The translations under genes and the position numbers were made by a program. A DNA stretch of 64,000 bases from an uncultured Planctomycetota bacterium (GTDB taxonomy: Bacteria > Planctomycetota > Phycisphaerae > Tepidisphaerales > Tepidisphaeraceae), in the NCBI GenBank assembly GCA_963841915.1, contig CAWJEN010000006.1, forward strand, positions 480,001 to 544,000, written 5' to 3'. Shown here one piece after another: positions 27,721-37,816 of this stretch (the stretch's first letter is position 1; each line of letters begins with the position of its first letter). Below the pieces are notes generated by a model, which searched no databases, was not told where the DNA came from, and saw only the letters and a program-made list of their open reading frames with translations.

Positions 27721-29427
27721 TCAGGAAGCGTCAGGCGCGTAGCTGACCAAGGCACCGTGACCGCCTGCCATGCTGGTGTTCGACCCGACGCCACCGACCG
27801 CTTCATAGTCGCTCGGCGACTGGTCGTTGGTCATGCGGCTGCGCTTGACGCCCTTGGGGAGCGGCGTGTTGCGGAAGCGGCTTCCGGGCACTGCCACGCG
27901 GCCGTTCTGGCTCTCACCGGCCGGGATGATGTAGCTGCCGACCACGATGATGCCCAGCACGACCACGTTCAGGCCCAGGAAGGAGAGCGCCTGCCAGCCG
28001 CTCAGGCCGTCGATCGTCGGATGGCCGTAGATCCCGAATGCGTACGTCAGCAGGGTCGTGGCGATGACGAGCACGAGCATGATCGGAATAAGGCCCTTCC
28101 AGGCAATCTGCATGAGCTGGTCGAAGCGGAAGCGGGGCAGCGACCAGCGCACCCACATGAAGACGAACATGACCAAGACGGCCTTTCCGAAGATGACACC
28201 GGCCCGGACGATGCACTCGATCAGGCTCGTCGTCACGCTTGCCGCCGCACCGTCCGGACGCGTCTCAAAGACAGCCTGGATCAGGAAGTCGATGTAAGGC
28301 ATGTGCCAGCCGCCCCAGAAGAGGGCCACGAGTACCAGCGACGTCGTGATCATGCCCGCGTACTCGGCCAGGAAGAACAGGGCAAACCGCATCGAGCTGT
28401 ACTCGGTGTGGTAGCCACCGACAAGCTCCTGCTCGGCCTCTGCCATGTCGAAGGGCGCGCGGTTGGCTTCTGCGTGGATGCAGATGAGGAACAGCATGAA
28501 CGCCAGCGGTTGGGCGAACATGTTCCACGCCGGGATCGGGATAAAGCCCAGCACCCACCAGTAGTCGACCTGTTTGTCGACGAGCAGGGCCAGGTCGAGC
28601 GTACCGAACATGATGACGACGATGAGCGCGCTCATGCCGAGCGGGATCTCGTAGGAGATCATATTGGCCGTCGCCCGCAGGCCGCCGAGGAAGCTGTACT
28701 TGTTGTCGCTGGCCCAGCCACCGATGACGACGCCGTAGACGGCCAGGCTGAGCGCGGCCAGGACGAACAGGACGCCGATGTTCAGGTTGGCGATCTGAAA
28801 GTTGTATTGGTAGACGACCGGTACGCGGTAGGCCGTCACGTTGGCACCGTTACCGACCGGGTTGGCTGAGGCGACGCTGAGGTCGACGGGCACGACGAAG
28901 CGGGCGTCATAAGGCAGGTAGTGCCGAATGGCGGCCTCGGCCTGCATGCCTAGGCGGCCGAGTTCTGCCGATTCGGCAAAGGCTTCTTCGGTCAGTCGCG
29001 ACGCGTCGACCTCGATGGTCTTGCTCACCTGCCGCACGCCGCCCCAAGGCACGACGGCGATAGAGATGATGACGACGATGATCATCACGATCGGTGCAAG
29101 GCTGAACAGCACGCGGTCGATGCCCTTGCGGCCGTAGTCCTCTTTGACAAGGAACTTGAGCCCGTCTGCGAGCGGCTGGCCGAGTCCCCAGAAGTGGAAC
29201 TTGGGCATGAACGGCAGGCCGAACCCGAAGCCGACGCGGTTGGGACCGATGCGGTCCTGCACCCACGAAGCCGTCTTGCGTTCGAGCAGAATCATGTACG
29301 CCACGGCGCCGAGCACGACGAGGTGGAACGTGAACGCCAGAATCACCCAGTGATATGCGGCGACGTAGGTCCAGACCGTCTCGATCAGGTCGGCGGGCGG
29401 CAAAGACAGGGGCATCGATGGCAACAT
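27721..29427 (-). CDS. nuoH: NADH-quinone oxidoreductase subunit H, enlarged; start 29427 or 29415
   Basis: LLERK..WVQDRIGPNRVG, QPLADGLKFLVKED, NKYSFLGGLR, NRAPFDMAEAEQELVGGYHTEYS, LPRFRFDQLM. Confidence 0.95.
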   Translation of the reverse strand: MLPSMPLSLPPADLIETVWTYVAAYHWVILAFTFHLVVLGAVAYMILLERKTASWVQDRIGPNRVGFGFGLPFMPKFHFWGLGQPLADGLKFLVKEDYGRKGIDRVLFSLAPIVMIIVVIISIAVVPWGGVRQVSKTIEVDASRLTEEAFAESAELGRLGMQAEAAIRHYLPYDARFVVPVDLSVASANPVGNGANVTAYRVPVVYQYNFQIANLNIGVLFVLAALSLAVYGVVIGGWASDNKYSFLGGLRATANMISYEIPLGMSALIVVIMFGTLDLALLVDKQVDYWWVLGFIPIPAWNMFAQPLAFMLFLICIHAEANRAPFDMAEAEQELVGGYHTEYSSMRFALFFLAEYAGMITTSLVLVALFWGGWHMPYIDFLIQAVFETRPDGAAASVTTSLIECIVRAGVIFGKAVLVMFVFMWVRWSLPRFRFDQLMQIAWKGLIPIMLVLVIATTLLTYAFGIYGHPTIDGLSGWQALSFLGLNVVVLGIIVVGSYIIPAGESQNGRVAVPGSRFRNTPLPKGVKRSRMTNDQSPSDYEAVGGVGSNTSMAGGHGALVSYAPDAS

Positions 29428-29600
29428 CAGCGTCGGAAGCAAAAGCAGGGGCAGCGGCGAACGGAATGAAGCATAATGCCGTCGAGGTCGCGGGCCAAGC
29501 GGCGGAACGATTGCCGCAGCCAGAACCTTTTCGAGCGGCAACCTGGCGTGTCACCGGCGACGGTTCGTAAGGCGGACGGACCGCCTTTACCGTTTGCATC

Positions 29601-30362
29601 GTGCCGGTGCCTGTTCTGCTGCGAAAAGTCACCAATCTGCTGGCCGATACCGTAAAAAACGTGAGTGATGTCGTGTGGCCGCGGGTGTGCCCGGTGTGTG
29701 AGAGCGACGCGAGGCGGTGGTTGTGCGACGCGTGCCTGGGCGAGTTGATCGACGCCTCGACGCAACCCAGCTGCCAAGCCTGTGGCAGGCCGGCGTCGGG
29801 GTCGGCGTGTCCCTGGTGCGGCGGCCGTGGTGACGGGCCGATCAAGCGTGTCGTCCGGCTGGGCGTCTACGAACCGCCGCTGAGCTCGCTGATCGTCTCG
29901 GCTAAGTTCTCCGGCCGCTGGGAGTTATGTCGACCGCTGGGCCATGCGCTGGCTGATGTCGCCGGTGATTTGCCACCCGACGCGGTGGTCGTGCCCGTGC
30001 CGTTGCACGCGCATCGATTGGCCAGTCGCGGGTTTGATCAGGCGTACCTCATCGCCGAAGCCCTTGCCGGTCAACGGCGTGTGCCACTGGTCCGGGCGTT
30101 GAAACGACAACGCCATACCCGCCCGCAGACGGCCCTCACCGGCACGACCGCCCGTCAGCAGAATCTGCGGGACGCCTTTGCCCTCAACGACTTAGGCGGG
30201 GTGGAAGGGCGTGCGGTGGTGCTGGTTGACGACGTCATGACCAGCGGCAGCACGCTCCGCTCCGCCGCACGGGCGGTGCAGGCGGGCAAGCCGCGTCTCA
30301 TCATGGCCGCCGTGCTGGCCGTGGCCACGCGAGCGCAGGAGGCAAGGCCCGTCAAGTGGTAA
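29601..30362 (+). CDS. comF: ComF-family protein (double zinc ribbon + PRTase)
   Basis: CPVC/CDAC/CQAC/CPWC, VPVPLH..RL..RGFDQA, LVDDVMTSGST. Confidence 0.88.
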   Translation: MPVPVLLRKVTNLLADTVKNVSDVVWPRVCPVCESDARRWLCDACLGELIDASTQPSCQACGRPASGSACPWCGGRGDGPIKRVVRLGVYEPPLSSLIVSAKFSGRWELCRPLGHALADVAGDLPPDAVVVPVPLHAHRLASRGFDQAYLIAEALAGQRRVPLVRALKRQRHTRPQTALTGTTARQQNLRDAFALNDLGGVEGRAVVLVDDVMTSGSTLRSAARAVQAGKPRLIMAAVLAVATRAQEARPVKW

Positions 30363-30372
30363 GGCAAACGCC

Positions 30373-32052
30373 TCAATCGACGACGATCGTGCGGGCGTGC
30401 TCCTCGAGCTTCTGAACGAGGTCGGCAGACCGCTCGGAGCGGTCGCCGGTGCTGGTGGTCCAGGTGACCGGCTCGTTCCGCTTGATGCTCGCCTCGACGC
30501 GGCGGCAGGCGCTGATGACCGTCGAGTGGTTCCGTTTTCCCATACGACCGGCGATGTCGGGGTAACTCAGGTTCGTCAGCTTGCGGACGAGGTACATCGA
30601 CGTCGACCGAGCCAGCCCAATCGTCCGCTGGCGACTGCCGCTGAGCAATTCGTTGCGTTCGAGCCCGAAGAAGTCACAGGCAGCGGCAAAGACCTGCTCG
30701 GCCCGGACGGGGCGGCTCATCCGCTTGTCCAGGTCGCTGAGAATCTCTTGAGCCAACTTCACATCCGGCCGTCGATTATCGAGGCGGGCGTGGGCTTGCA
30801 TGCGATTGACGGCCCCTTCGAGTTCGCGGACGTTTTGCGTGACGCGGCTTGCGATCCAAGTCGTCGTCTCGCTGTCGAGACTCACGCCGCGCCGCTTGGC
30901 CAGGACGCGGAGCAGGTCTTCGCGCATCTCGCGGGCCGGCGGATCGACGCGGGCGATCATGCCGCTGACGAACCGACTCACGAGGCTCTCGCCGAATGAG
31001 GCGATCGTCTTGGGGTGAGCGTCGCTGGCGATGACGACATGTCGACCGGCCGCTTCAATGGCGTTGAATGTGTGGAGGAACTCTTCCTGTGTTGCCCGCT
31101 TGCCGCCGAGGAAGTGCACATCATCGATGACGAGCAGGTCGACGTCGCGCAGCTTGCGGCGGAACGCGTCGAGTCGGTTGCTCTTGACGGCTGCGATGAA
31201 GCTGTTCGTGAAGTCCTCGCCCGTGAGGTACATCCACCGGCCGGTCGGATGTTTCCTGGCGTAGCGGCGGCAGAGTCCCTGGAGCAGGTGCGTCTTTCCA
31301 AGACCGACGCCGCCATGGATGAACAGCGGGTTGTACGCGCCACCCGGATTGTCGGCCACGCTGCGGCAGCACTCGTAGGGAAGCTTGTTGTTGTCCCCGA
31401 CGAGGAACGTGTCGAGGTCGTGACGCAGGCTGTCGCCGGGTGTCGGGATCTGACGCTTGACCGGCGCCTGACGGGCCGACGTCTCGGCAGCACTCACGGC
31501 CGGAACCGGCAGGCCCGGCGACGTCGAGATGATTGACTCGCCACCGACCGGAGGCACCGGCAGCGGTGTCGTCGGCACCACCGTGTCCGAGGCGGTCGGG
31601 CGAAACAGCCCAGCGTCGCCATCACGCTCGAAGGCAACGGGTGACACCTCGTACTGCAACTCGAGAGAGCCGCCCATCGTCTCACCGGCGGCCTCACGCA
31701 GGGCCATTTCGAAGTGTCTGGCGACCCAATCCCTCACAAATTCGTCAGGAACCACGATCTCCAGTATCTCACCTTCGCCGCGACGGCCGAGGCGCAGACG
31801 GACGCTCTTGACGAACCAGACGTTGAACCGTTGACGCCCGATCCGTTGCTCGACGCCGCTCGTGATCGTCGCGAGAATCTCGTCGGACGATCGCTTGGCT
31901 TGTGACGCACTGGGCGAGGCGTCGTCACTCTCTATGACTGTGTGCGTCAGCCTGTCGGCTGCGTAGGGGCTTTCAACGTCGGCGTCCTGGCCGGGATCGA
32001 GGGGGCGGAGTTGGGTCGTGTCGAGGGTCGCGTCGCAGACGTCGCTGGCCAT
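30373..32052 (-). CDS. dnaA: Chromosomal replication initiator DnaA
   Basis: YNPLFIHGGVGLGKTHLL, LLVIDDVHFL, TQEEFLHTFN, NVRELEGA, RNHSTVISA. Confidence 0.93.
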   Translation of the reverse strand: MASDVCDATLDTTQLRPLDPGQDADVESPYAADRLTHTVIESDDASPSASQAKRSSDEILATITSGVEQRIGRQRFNVWFVKSVRLRLGRRGEGEILEIVVPDEFVRDWVARHFEMALREAAGETMGGSLELQYEVSPVAFERDGDAGLFRPTASDTVVPTTPLPVPPVGGESIISTSPGLPVPAVSAAETSARQAPVKRQIPTPGDSLRHDLDTFLVGDNNKLPYECCRSVADNPGGAYNPLFIHGGVGLGKTHLLQGLCRRYARKHPTGRWMYLTGEDFTNSFIAAVKSNRLDAFRRKLRDVDLLVIDDVHFLGGKRATQEEFLHTFNAIEAAGRHVVIASDAHPKTIASFGESLVSRFVSGMIARVDPPAREMREDLLRVLAKRRGVSLDSETTTWIASRVTQNVRELEGAVNRMQAHARLDNRRPDVKLAQEILSDLDKRMSRPVRAEQVFAAACDFFGLERNELLSGSRQRTIGLARSTSMYLVRKLTNLSYPDIAGRMGKRNHSTVISACRRVEASIKRNEPVTWTTSTGDRSERSADLVQKLEEHARTIVVD

Positions 32053-33014
32053 ATAATTAGTCGTCCTGCCGAATCTCGAGCGGTCGGGTGGCGACGCGTC
32101 CGGTGCGTCACCACCGCCGCATTCGAGCCGGCGTGGGGGTGCTGGTAGTAGCCGATGCGTCGCACGATGCCATTCCCGGGCATCATGTCGCCTCTGCCTG
32201 ATCCTTGGCAGGGCGTACCGATCGCCGACCGCTCTGATCAGCGGCTGGCAAGCGTCGTCGGATCGGCTTCGGACAAGCTCACGTCGCAGGCTCGCGGATG
32301 AACCGCGTGCGCAGGGCGTTTGCTTGTCCTCGCCTCCGCGGCTCCGGGCTCAGTCACAGGTACGTCGCAGCAGCCGGTCTGATCCTCCGGCGGCGTCGGT
32401 GCATGTGGCGGCCAGTGGGGCCTGACGGAACGGGCATCATGCCTCGCGGCCGCGACCGACGGGCGTCGAAGGCAGGGCGTCTGATCACGCCAGGCATCGT
32501 CGTCGTCGGGGGCCGGAACGGTCCTTGTCCAGACGAACGATCGGATGATCGTGCCGCCCTTTGTGGGGCCAGATTAGACACCGCCGATCGCCGGAGCAAC
32601 GCCGACGAAGTGCCGATCACCTCTCGTGTCACCGACGCGCGCCGTCGAGGGTGTGCGGCATAAGCGCTTGCGCGCTGCTAACAAAAACAATCAACCAGAT
32701 TCTGCACAACCGGCACACGTTCGAACGGCAAGCTGTCGTTAACGGACGTGCCATGTTCGAACAACGCCACTTCGTGCACGCCACGCCCTTGCTCACACTC
32801 GTCGCCATCGCCGCGACCAAGAAGTATGTGCGACGCTTTTGGCCCAATCTTCCCAGGCTATGGGTCAATAGCGACAGCTCATGCGTACAGCCGAAGTCTC
32901 TGCGACCTCTGTGTCAAGAGGTGCGCGTCGATGCCCACCGCGTCACGCCTTTCGGCACTTTTTCGTCACGAGCGCGCGCCGTCTGTTGTTGAAAACAGGT
33001 CGCGCCGGTGGCCA

Positions 33015-34004
33015 CTACATCGACCGCAAGTCTCGGATGAGCGCGCGACGCCGCTCGGTCTCGTGCAGCCCACGCTTGCGGTACAGCTGCAGGCCCGGCT
33101 CGTTGCGACCGTCGACAGCCAGGGCGAGCAGGTTCGTTGCCGATCGGGCGGCGCGGGCTTCGGCGTGGTCGAGCAGCAAGCTACCCAGACCCTTGCCGCG
33201 GGCGTCGGGTGAGATGCCGAGGTAGACGAGTTCCACACCGGCCGAGCCGTCCAGGCCGAGCCCACACAGGAGCAGCAACCCTTGCGGCGATCCGGTGTCG
33301 TCGACAAGCAGGTGCCAGTCGGTCGGGTCGAACACGCCAGCGGCACGGTGACCCTCGATGACGTCGTCGATTGTCCGCAGCTCTGCCAGCTCCGGGCAGT
33401 CGAGGCTGCCGATGTAGCTGTCCAACGCTGCCTTCTCGAACATCGGGCGACGATCTTCGCTGTAGTTCAGCAGTCGATAACCGTCGGGCAGCGGCCGAAC
33501 CGTGGTTTCGCCGTCAACGAGCTTGTGCAGATAATGAAGCTCTGCCAGGTCGCTGAAGCTGTTGGCGGTGACCAGCTGGTCACCGACCTCCGCCGCATCG
33601 CGGGGCAGCAAGATTTGGGCGAGCGTCGCCCCGGCGTCGCGTGCTGCCCGGCAGGCCGCCTCGACACAGCGGACGGCTAGTCGCCGAGCCTCAGGTTGGG
33701 TCGGCAGGCGGTCGGGCGTCAAAATCATCGCCGTCCGGCCGGCACCGATGGAGGCGACGGCACTGAAAAGCGGCTCATCTTTGGCACTCTTGACAACACT
33801 GAACGTCCCGGCCAGCGTCGATTCGCGGGCGGCCAGGAAGTCCGTCAACGCCGAGACGGCCGACATGGCGGCCGGTTGTCCGTCGGACCCCAGCGAAAGG
33901 GCAATGGCTTGAACGAGGGCGTGGCCCGTCGGTTCGATCACGTGCACGTCAGTGGGCTGAACTTCAGAGCGGCTAGGCCGCTGCGGCCTCTCGGTGAGGG
34001 GCAT
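33015..34004 (-). CDS. GNAT-family N-acetyltransferase; start approximate
   Basis: YLGISPDARGKGLG, LAVDGRNEPGLQLYRKRG. Confidence 0.8.
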   Translation of the reverse strand: MPLTERPQRPSRSEVQPTDVHVIEPTGHALVQAIALSLGSDGQPAAMSAVSALTDFLAARESTLAGTFSVVKSAKDEPLFSAVASIGAGRTAMILTPDRLPTQPEARRLAVRCVEAACRAARDAGATLAQILLPRDAAEVGDQLVTANSFSDLAELHYLHKLVDGETTVRPLPDGYRLLNYSEDRRPMFEKAALDSYIGSLDCPELAELRTIDDVIEGHRAAGVFDPTDWHLLVDDTGSPQGLLLLCGLGLDGSAGVELVYLGISPDARGKGLGSLLLDHAEARAARSATNLLALAVDGRNEPGLQLYRKRGLHETERRRALIRDLRSM

Positions 34005-34377
34005 CGGCACGACAGGCGACGGTACGGCCGCTATATCGAATGACGCATCATTCACATTTGAGAACGTGCTTCTTCCGCCCAAAGCCCTTGCTCTGAATCG
34101 TCGCGGAGGTTGTAGCAGCGTCGGTGGCATCGCAGGTCGGGGTTCCTGTAACGTTGTCGGCGAGGCGGTGGGCGTGAAAGTCGTGAGCGATCTGGGTATA
34201 AAGAGGGGCCAGCCGCATACGCTGAACACCCACAGCCCCGGTCGCCTCACCGAATCGTCGGCTCTACCCGACACATCGACCGGCACCGCCACCAACTCAA
34301 CGTCGCCAACGGGTTTTTGAACCTGCCTCCCCCAAATGAGGCCCGAACCAGCTAGCGACCAACCGACACCGCCTCCG

Positions 34378-35076
34378 ATGAGCAGCCTTTTAGCGTCCAC
34401 CCGCGCCGTCTCGACTCCCGCGATTTGCCGCCTGATCAGCCGTCTCGGCCTTGCCGCGATCGTCGGTCTCGGCGGATTGGCCCTGACGTCGGCTGAAGTG
34501 TCGGCCGACTATCCAGAGCCGTCGCTTGCCCCCAAGGCCTGGGAATTTGACTTCACCTGGCGTAAGCCACAGCGCGTTGTGCTCGAAGAGCCCGACGGCG
34601 AGCGGCGGGCGTACTGGTACATGCCTTACACCGTCGTCAATGACACCGAGCAGGAACGCTTCTTCCTGCCCGACATCGTCATGGTCACGCAGACGGGCGA
34701 GCTTCTGGCGGCGGACAACAACATCCCGGCCGGAGCCTTCAATGCCATCAAGAACCGAACGCCCAGCCTGCCGATCGTGCAGCCGCGTGAAGTGTCGGGT
34801 CGACTGCTCATCGGCGAAGACCGCGCCCGCAGCAGCGTCGCCATCTGGCGTGAGCCCATGACCGAGATGGGCACGTTCCAAATCTTCGTCGGCGGGCTCA
34901 GCGGTGAGATCCAACGGCTCCAGGACCGCAACAACAAGGACCTGCTTGATGGCGACGGCAATCCGATTCTGGTCCGCAAGACCAAGCACCTCGTCTTCCG
35001 CGTCAGCGGCGATGATGTCGACACGGGTGAGTCCGACAACGTGCAGGTCGAGCGTGACCGCTGGGTGATGCGGTAA
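34378..35076 (+). CDS. Exported hypothetical protein
   Basis: Signal-like N-terminus (VSA), YWYMPYTVVN, IFVGGLSGE, host-like codon usage. Confidence 0.7.
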   Translation: MSSLLASTRAVSTPAICRLISRLGLAAIVGLGGLALTSAEVSADYPEPSLAPKAWEFDFTWRKPQRVVLEEPDGERRAYWYMPYTVVNDTEQERFFLPDIVMVTQTGELLAADNNIPAGAFNAIKNRTPSLPIVQPREVSGRLLIGEDRARSSVAIWREPMTEMGTFQIFVGGLSGEIQRLQDRNNKDLLDGDGNPILVRKTKHLVFRVSGDDVDTGESDNVQVERDRWVMR

Positions 35077-35160
35077 GGCATTTGCGTCTCCCACCCGTCG
35101 GCCTCTAGCTGCCTACACTGGCGGCCCGCTCGAAAGAGCACTGAACCAAAGGATCAAGAC

Positions 35161-35412
35161 ATGGCACATAAAAAGGGCCAAGGCTCCAGTAAGAATGGTC
35201 GCGACAGCAATCCGCAGTACCTAGGCATCAAGGCCTACGGCGGCGAGAGCGTCAAGGCCGGTAGCATCATCGTTCGCCAACGCGGCACGAAGTTCACCCC
35301 CGGCTTGAACACGAAGCTCGGCAAAGACGACACGATTTTTGCCCTCTCACCGGGCAAGGTTGAGTTCCAAGGTCGCAAGATCCACGTTCGCGAGTTCGAA
35401 GCTGTCGCCTGA
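35161..35412 (+). CDS. rpmA: 50S ribosomal protein L27
   Basis: [34 protein letters not shown]. Confidence 0.98.
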   Translation: MAHKKGQGSSKNGRDSNPQYLGIKAYGGESVKAGSIIVRQRGTKFTPGLNTKLGKDDTIFALSPGKVEFQGRKIHVREFEAVA

Positions 35413-35562
35413 GCGACGCGTCATCGTGATCGACAAGCTTGACGCCGCGACATCCTTCGCGGCGTTGTCTGCTGCGCGGTCGGTATGGAGTGTGTTGCGG
35501 TACGATGTCTTTCTGATCATTTACCGACTGCGGCCCGTAGAGCCGCAGCTACCACCGGCTTG

Positions 35563-36069
35563 TTACGGAGTCGGCTGGGTTTGGGCGGCTTGCTTTGTCG
35601 GATCAGCCTCCGCTTGCTCGGCGGTGGTCTCATCAGGGGCTGCCGGTGCGTCTGGTTCGTCAGGTTCCGGAGCGGTGGGGTTGTCGTAGGCGAAGAGCTG
35701 CGTGTCTTCGACCAGCTCGTAGCCCCGAGCGATCTGCTCGATGCGCGGCCGCTTGACGATGGACGGCTTGTCCAGACGGTCGATCACGACGGTCGGCCCG
35801 TTCGGGTCGATGTTGATGAAAACTCGCTCACCGGTGCGGCCGATGAACTCGAAGAAGCGCAGACCTGTGTCGGCCACGGGATACTCGGGCGTGATGTCGA
35901 AGAGCTGCTTGGCAGCGAGCGTCTCGAACAAATACGTGCCGTCTGTTCGCAGCGATTCGAAGTAACCGCGGAATGGCTCGATCGGTGGTGGCTCGGCAGG
36001 GGGCGTCGAGCCGCACCCGCTCATCAGCAGGGCAAGAAGCAGGCCGGCTGTCGAGGCAATACGCGTCAC
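35563..36069 (-). CDS. Hypothetical lipoprotein
   Basis: LMSG-C lipobox; Pro/Glu/Ala-rich tail; GTG 36069 preferred (TACGTT 5 nt upstream). Confidence 0.7.
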   Translation of the reverse strand: MTRIASTAGLLLALLMSGCGSTPPAEPPPIEPFRGYFESLRTDGTYLFETLAAKQLFDITPEYPVADTGLRFFEFIGRTGERVFINIDPNGPTVVIDRLDKPSIVKRPRIEQIARGYELVEDTQLFAYDNPTAPEPDEPDAPAAPDETTAEQAEADPTKQAAQTQPTP

Positions 36070-36091
36070 AGACAAACGTAGCGCGGGCCGA

Positions 36092-36376
36092 TCAGACGGT
36101 CTGGGTCAGTTCGAGCGACACGATGGACAATGGATCGAAATGGATGATCTGCTCGAAGCGATCATCGGCCAGCCGCCCGACGCCGATGGCGACGATCCAA
36201 CCTTCCTCGACGACGACTTCCTCCACACTGGTGCCGTCAGCCATGTGAGCAGTAACGACGGCCGTGTACTTACGCCGCGGCACGCCATGTTCGACAAGCC
36301 ACTGCCGCCATCGCTCGGGCAGCGGCTTTGCCAGACGGTTGCGGGCGGGCGTACGGCTTGGACGGTCAGTCGGCAC
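36092..36376 (-). CDS. Small hypothetical protein
   Basis: 94 aa ORF overlapping the end of gmhB in a co-oriented run. Confidence 0.6.
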   Translation of the reverse strand: MPTDRPSRTPARNRLAKPLPERWRQWLVEHGVPRRKYTAVVTAHMADGTSVEEVVVEEGWIVAIGVGRLADDRFEQIIHFDPLSIVSLELTQTV

Positions 36377-36923
36377 GAAGAATGGTCTCCGTCACCGCCG
36401 CAAGCGATGCCGCTCGCTGTGTCGGCGGAACCCGCAGGTCCGCGTCGGCAGCAGGGCTCCGCGCCAGCCCAGGTACGTCGAGCAGAATCGTTCGGCACCC
36501 GGCTGCGGCACCGGCTTCAACGTCCCGCGGTGCATCACCCACGAGCCAAGATTGAGACAACTCGACCTCCAACGCCGCCGCCGCCTGGAAAAACATGCCA
36601 GGCTTGGGTTTTCGGCAGTCGCAGTCTCCCGTCAACTCCGGATGGTGCGGACAAAACAGATGTAAATCGATGCTTGCTGCGGGATTGTCGTTCAACAGCA
36701 GTTCGTCCATGCGGGCGTCGACCCGCGCCACGTCGCCAATGGTGAACTTGCCCCGGGCGACGCCGCTTTGGTTGCTGACGGTGACGATGAGCCAGCCGGC
36801 CCGCCGCAGGTCGGCCAAACATGCAGCCGCACCGTCCATCAGCACGACCCCTTCCGGATCACCCAGGTAGTCGTCGGCAACGATGAGCGTGTTGTCCCTG
36901 TCGAAGAAGACGGCCTTGGTCAT
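36366..36923 (-). CDS. gmhB: HAD-IIIA phosphatase, heptose-1,7-bisphosphate phosphatase-like
   Basis: FFDRDNTL, SNQSGVARG, CPHHP...CDCRKPKPGM, VGD..RDVEAG. Confidence 0.85.
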   Translation of the reverse strand: MTKAVFFDRDNTLIVADDYLGDPEGVVLMDGAAACLADLRRAGWLIVTVSNQSGVARGKFTIGDVARVDARMDELLLNDNPAASIDLHLFCPHHPELTGDCDCRKPKPGMFFQAAAALEVELSQSWLVGDAPRDVEAGAAAGCRTILLDVPGLARSPAADADLRVPPTQRAASLAAVTETILRAD

Positions 36924-37729
36924 AGCAGTTCTCCAGAGTGGTGAACCTGGACGAACTCTTTGGTTTCGTGGCAGATCGCTGTGAGCCTGCCGCGGGACAT
37001 GAACGCGCCGGTGTCAACGAGCGTGAGCGAATTGCCTTGAACGACTTCACCGACGTTCTCGATGAGCGCGGGCAGATAGTTGTCGGTCGGCGTGTGGCCG
37101 CTGTAGCTGTGTCGTTGCCAGACCTTGGCCGACCGCACCTGATTGGGCGTGTAGCGGCCCCAGATGACTTCGTGCCGAAGGTGAGCCTCACGGATGAGGA
37201 AGCTCGGGTCGTCCGGATAGTCAAGCGGCCACGAGGCGTGGACGACGAACAGATCTTCGTCGCCCTCGAAAGGCGTCAGGTCGCGGAAAAAGCGGCGGTG
37301 ATCTGCCGGTACGCGGTCGACAAGCTCTTGCAGCCAGTGTCCGAAGTCGGCGGCAGAAAGATTGTGGGGAAACTGCACGTCTCCGCCGTAGCTCGCCAGG
37401 GATTGCGGCAGGCCTTCGCCCCAGAAGATGCGGGCGGCTTCGTGGGCGTCGGCCTCGCTGGCCGGTCCACCGAGCATGGGACCGCCGGCGTAGCTGTGCC
37501 GATTGATGACGGTATCGAAGATGTCGTCGTGGTTGCCACGGACACAGGTGGCGACGCCTTCGTCCATGAGCTCCAGTAGCAAATCGACGACGCCGCGCGT
37601 GTCGGGGCCGCGGTCGCAATAGTCACCGGTGAAGTAGAACCGGGCGTCGCTGTCGCGAGCGCGCACCTCGCGAAGCAGCCCGCTGAGGGGCCGACTCATG
37701 CCGTGAATGTCGCCGACGATCCAACGCAC
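36920..37729 (-). CDS. Calcineurin-like metallophosphoesterase
   Basis: GDIHG, GDYCDRG, RGNHD, VHA, GHTP, VDTGA. Confidence 0.88.
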   Translation of the reverse strand: MRWIVGDIHGMSRPLSGLLREVRARDSDARFYFTGDYCDRGPDTRGVVDLLLELMDEGVATCVRGNHDDIFDTVINRHSYAGGPMLGGPASEADAHEAARIFWGEGLPQSLASYGGDVQFPHNLSAADFGHWLQELVDRVPADHRRFFRDLTPFEGDEDLFVVHASWPLDYPDDPSFLIREAHLRHEVIWGRYTPNQVRSAKVWQRHSYSGHTPTDNYLPALIENVGEVVQGNSLTLVDTGAFMSRGRLTAICHETKEFVQVHHSGELL

Positions 37730-37816
37730 AGGGGCACAGCCTACGACGGCCCATGCCCCGCGGCAGGGGGAGCAGTGAAGTAGATGCCCTGCGCGTGCCG
37801 CCCATAACGCGAGGTC

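Noticed and set aside
32629..32868. 79-aa minus-strand ORF with TAGCCT before an internal TTG
   Set aside because: Atypical codon usage and no motifs; not called a gene
32053..33014. oriC upstream of dnaA
   Set aside because: No perfect TTATCCACA, only one box with one mismatch and a couple with two, and no clear AT-rich unwinding element
35161..35412. rpmA without adjacent rplU
   Set aside because: Unlinked ribosomal protein genes are not unusual; the protein itself is ordinary
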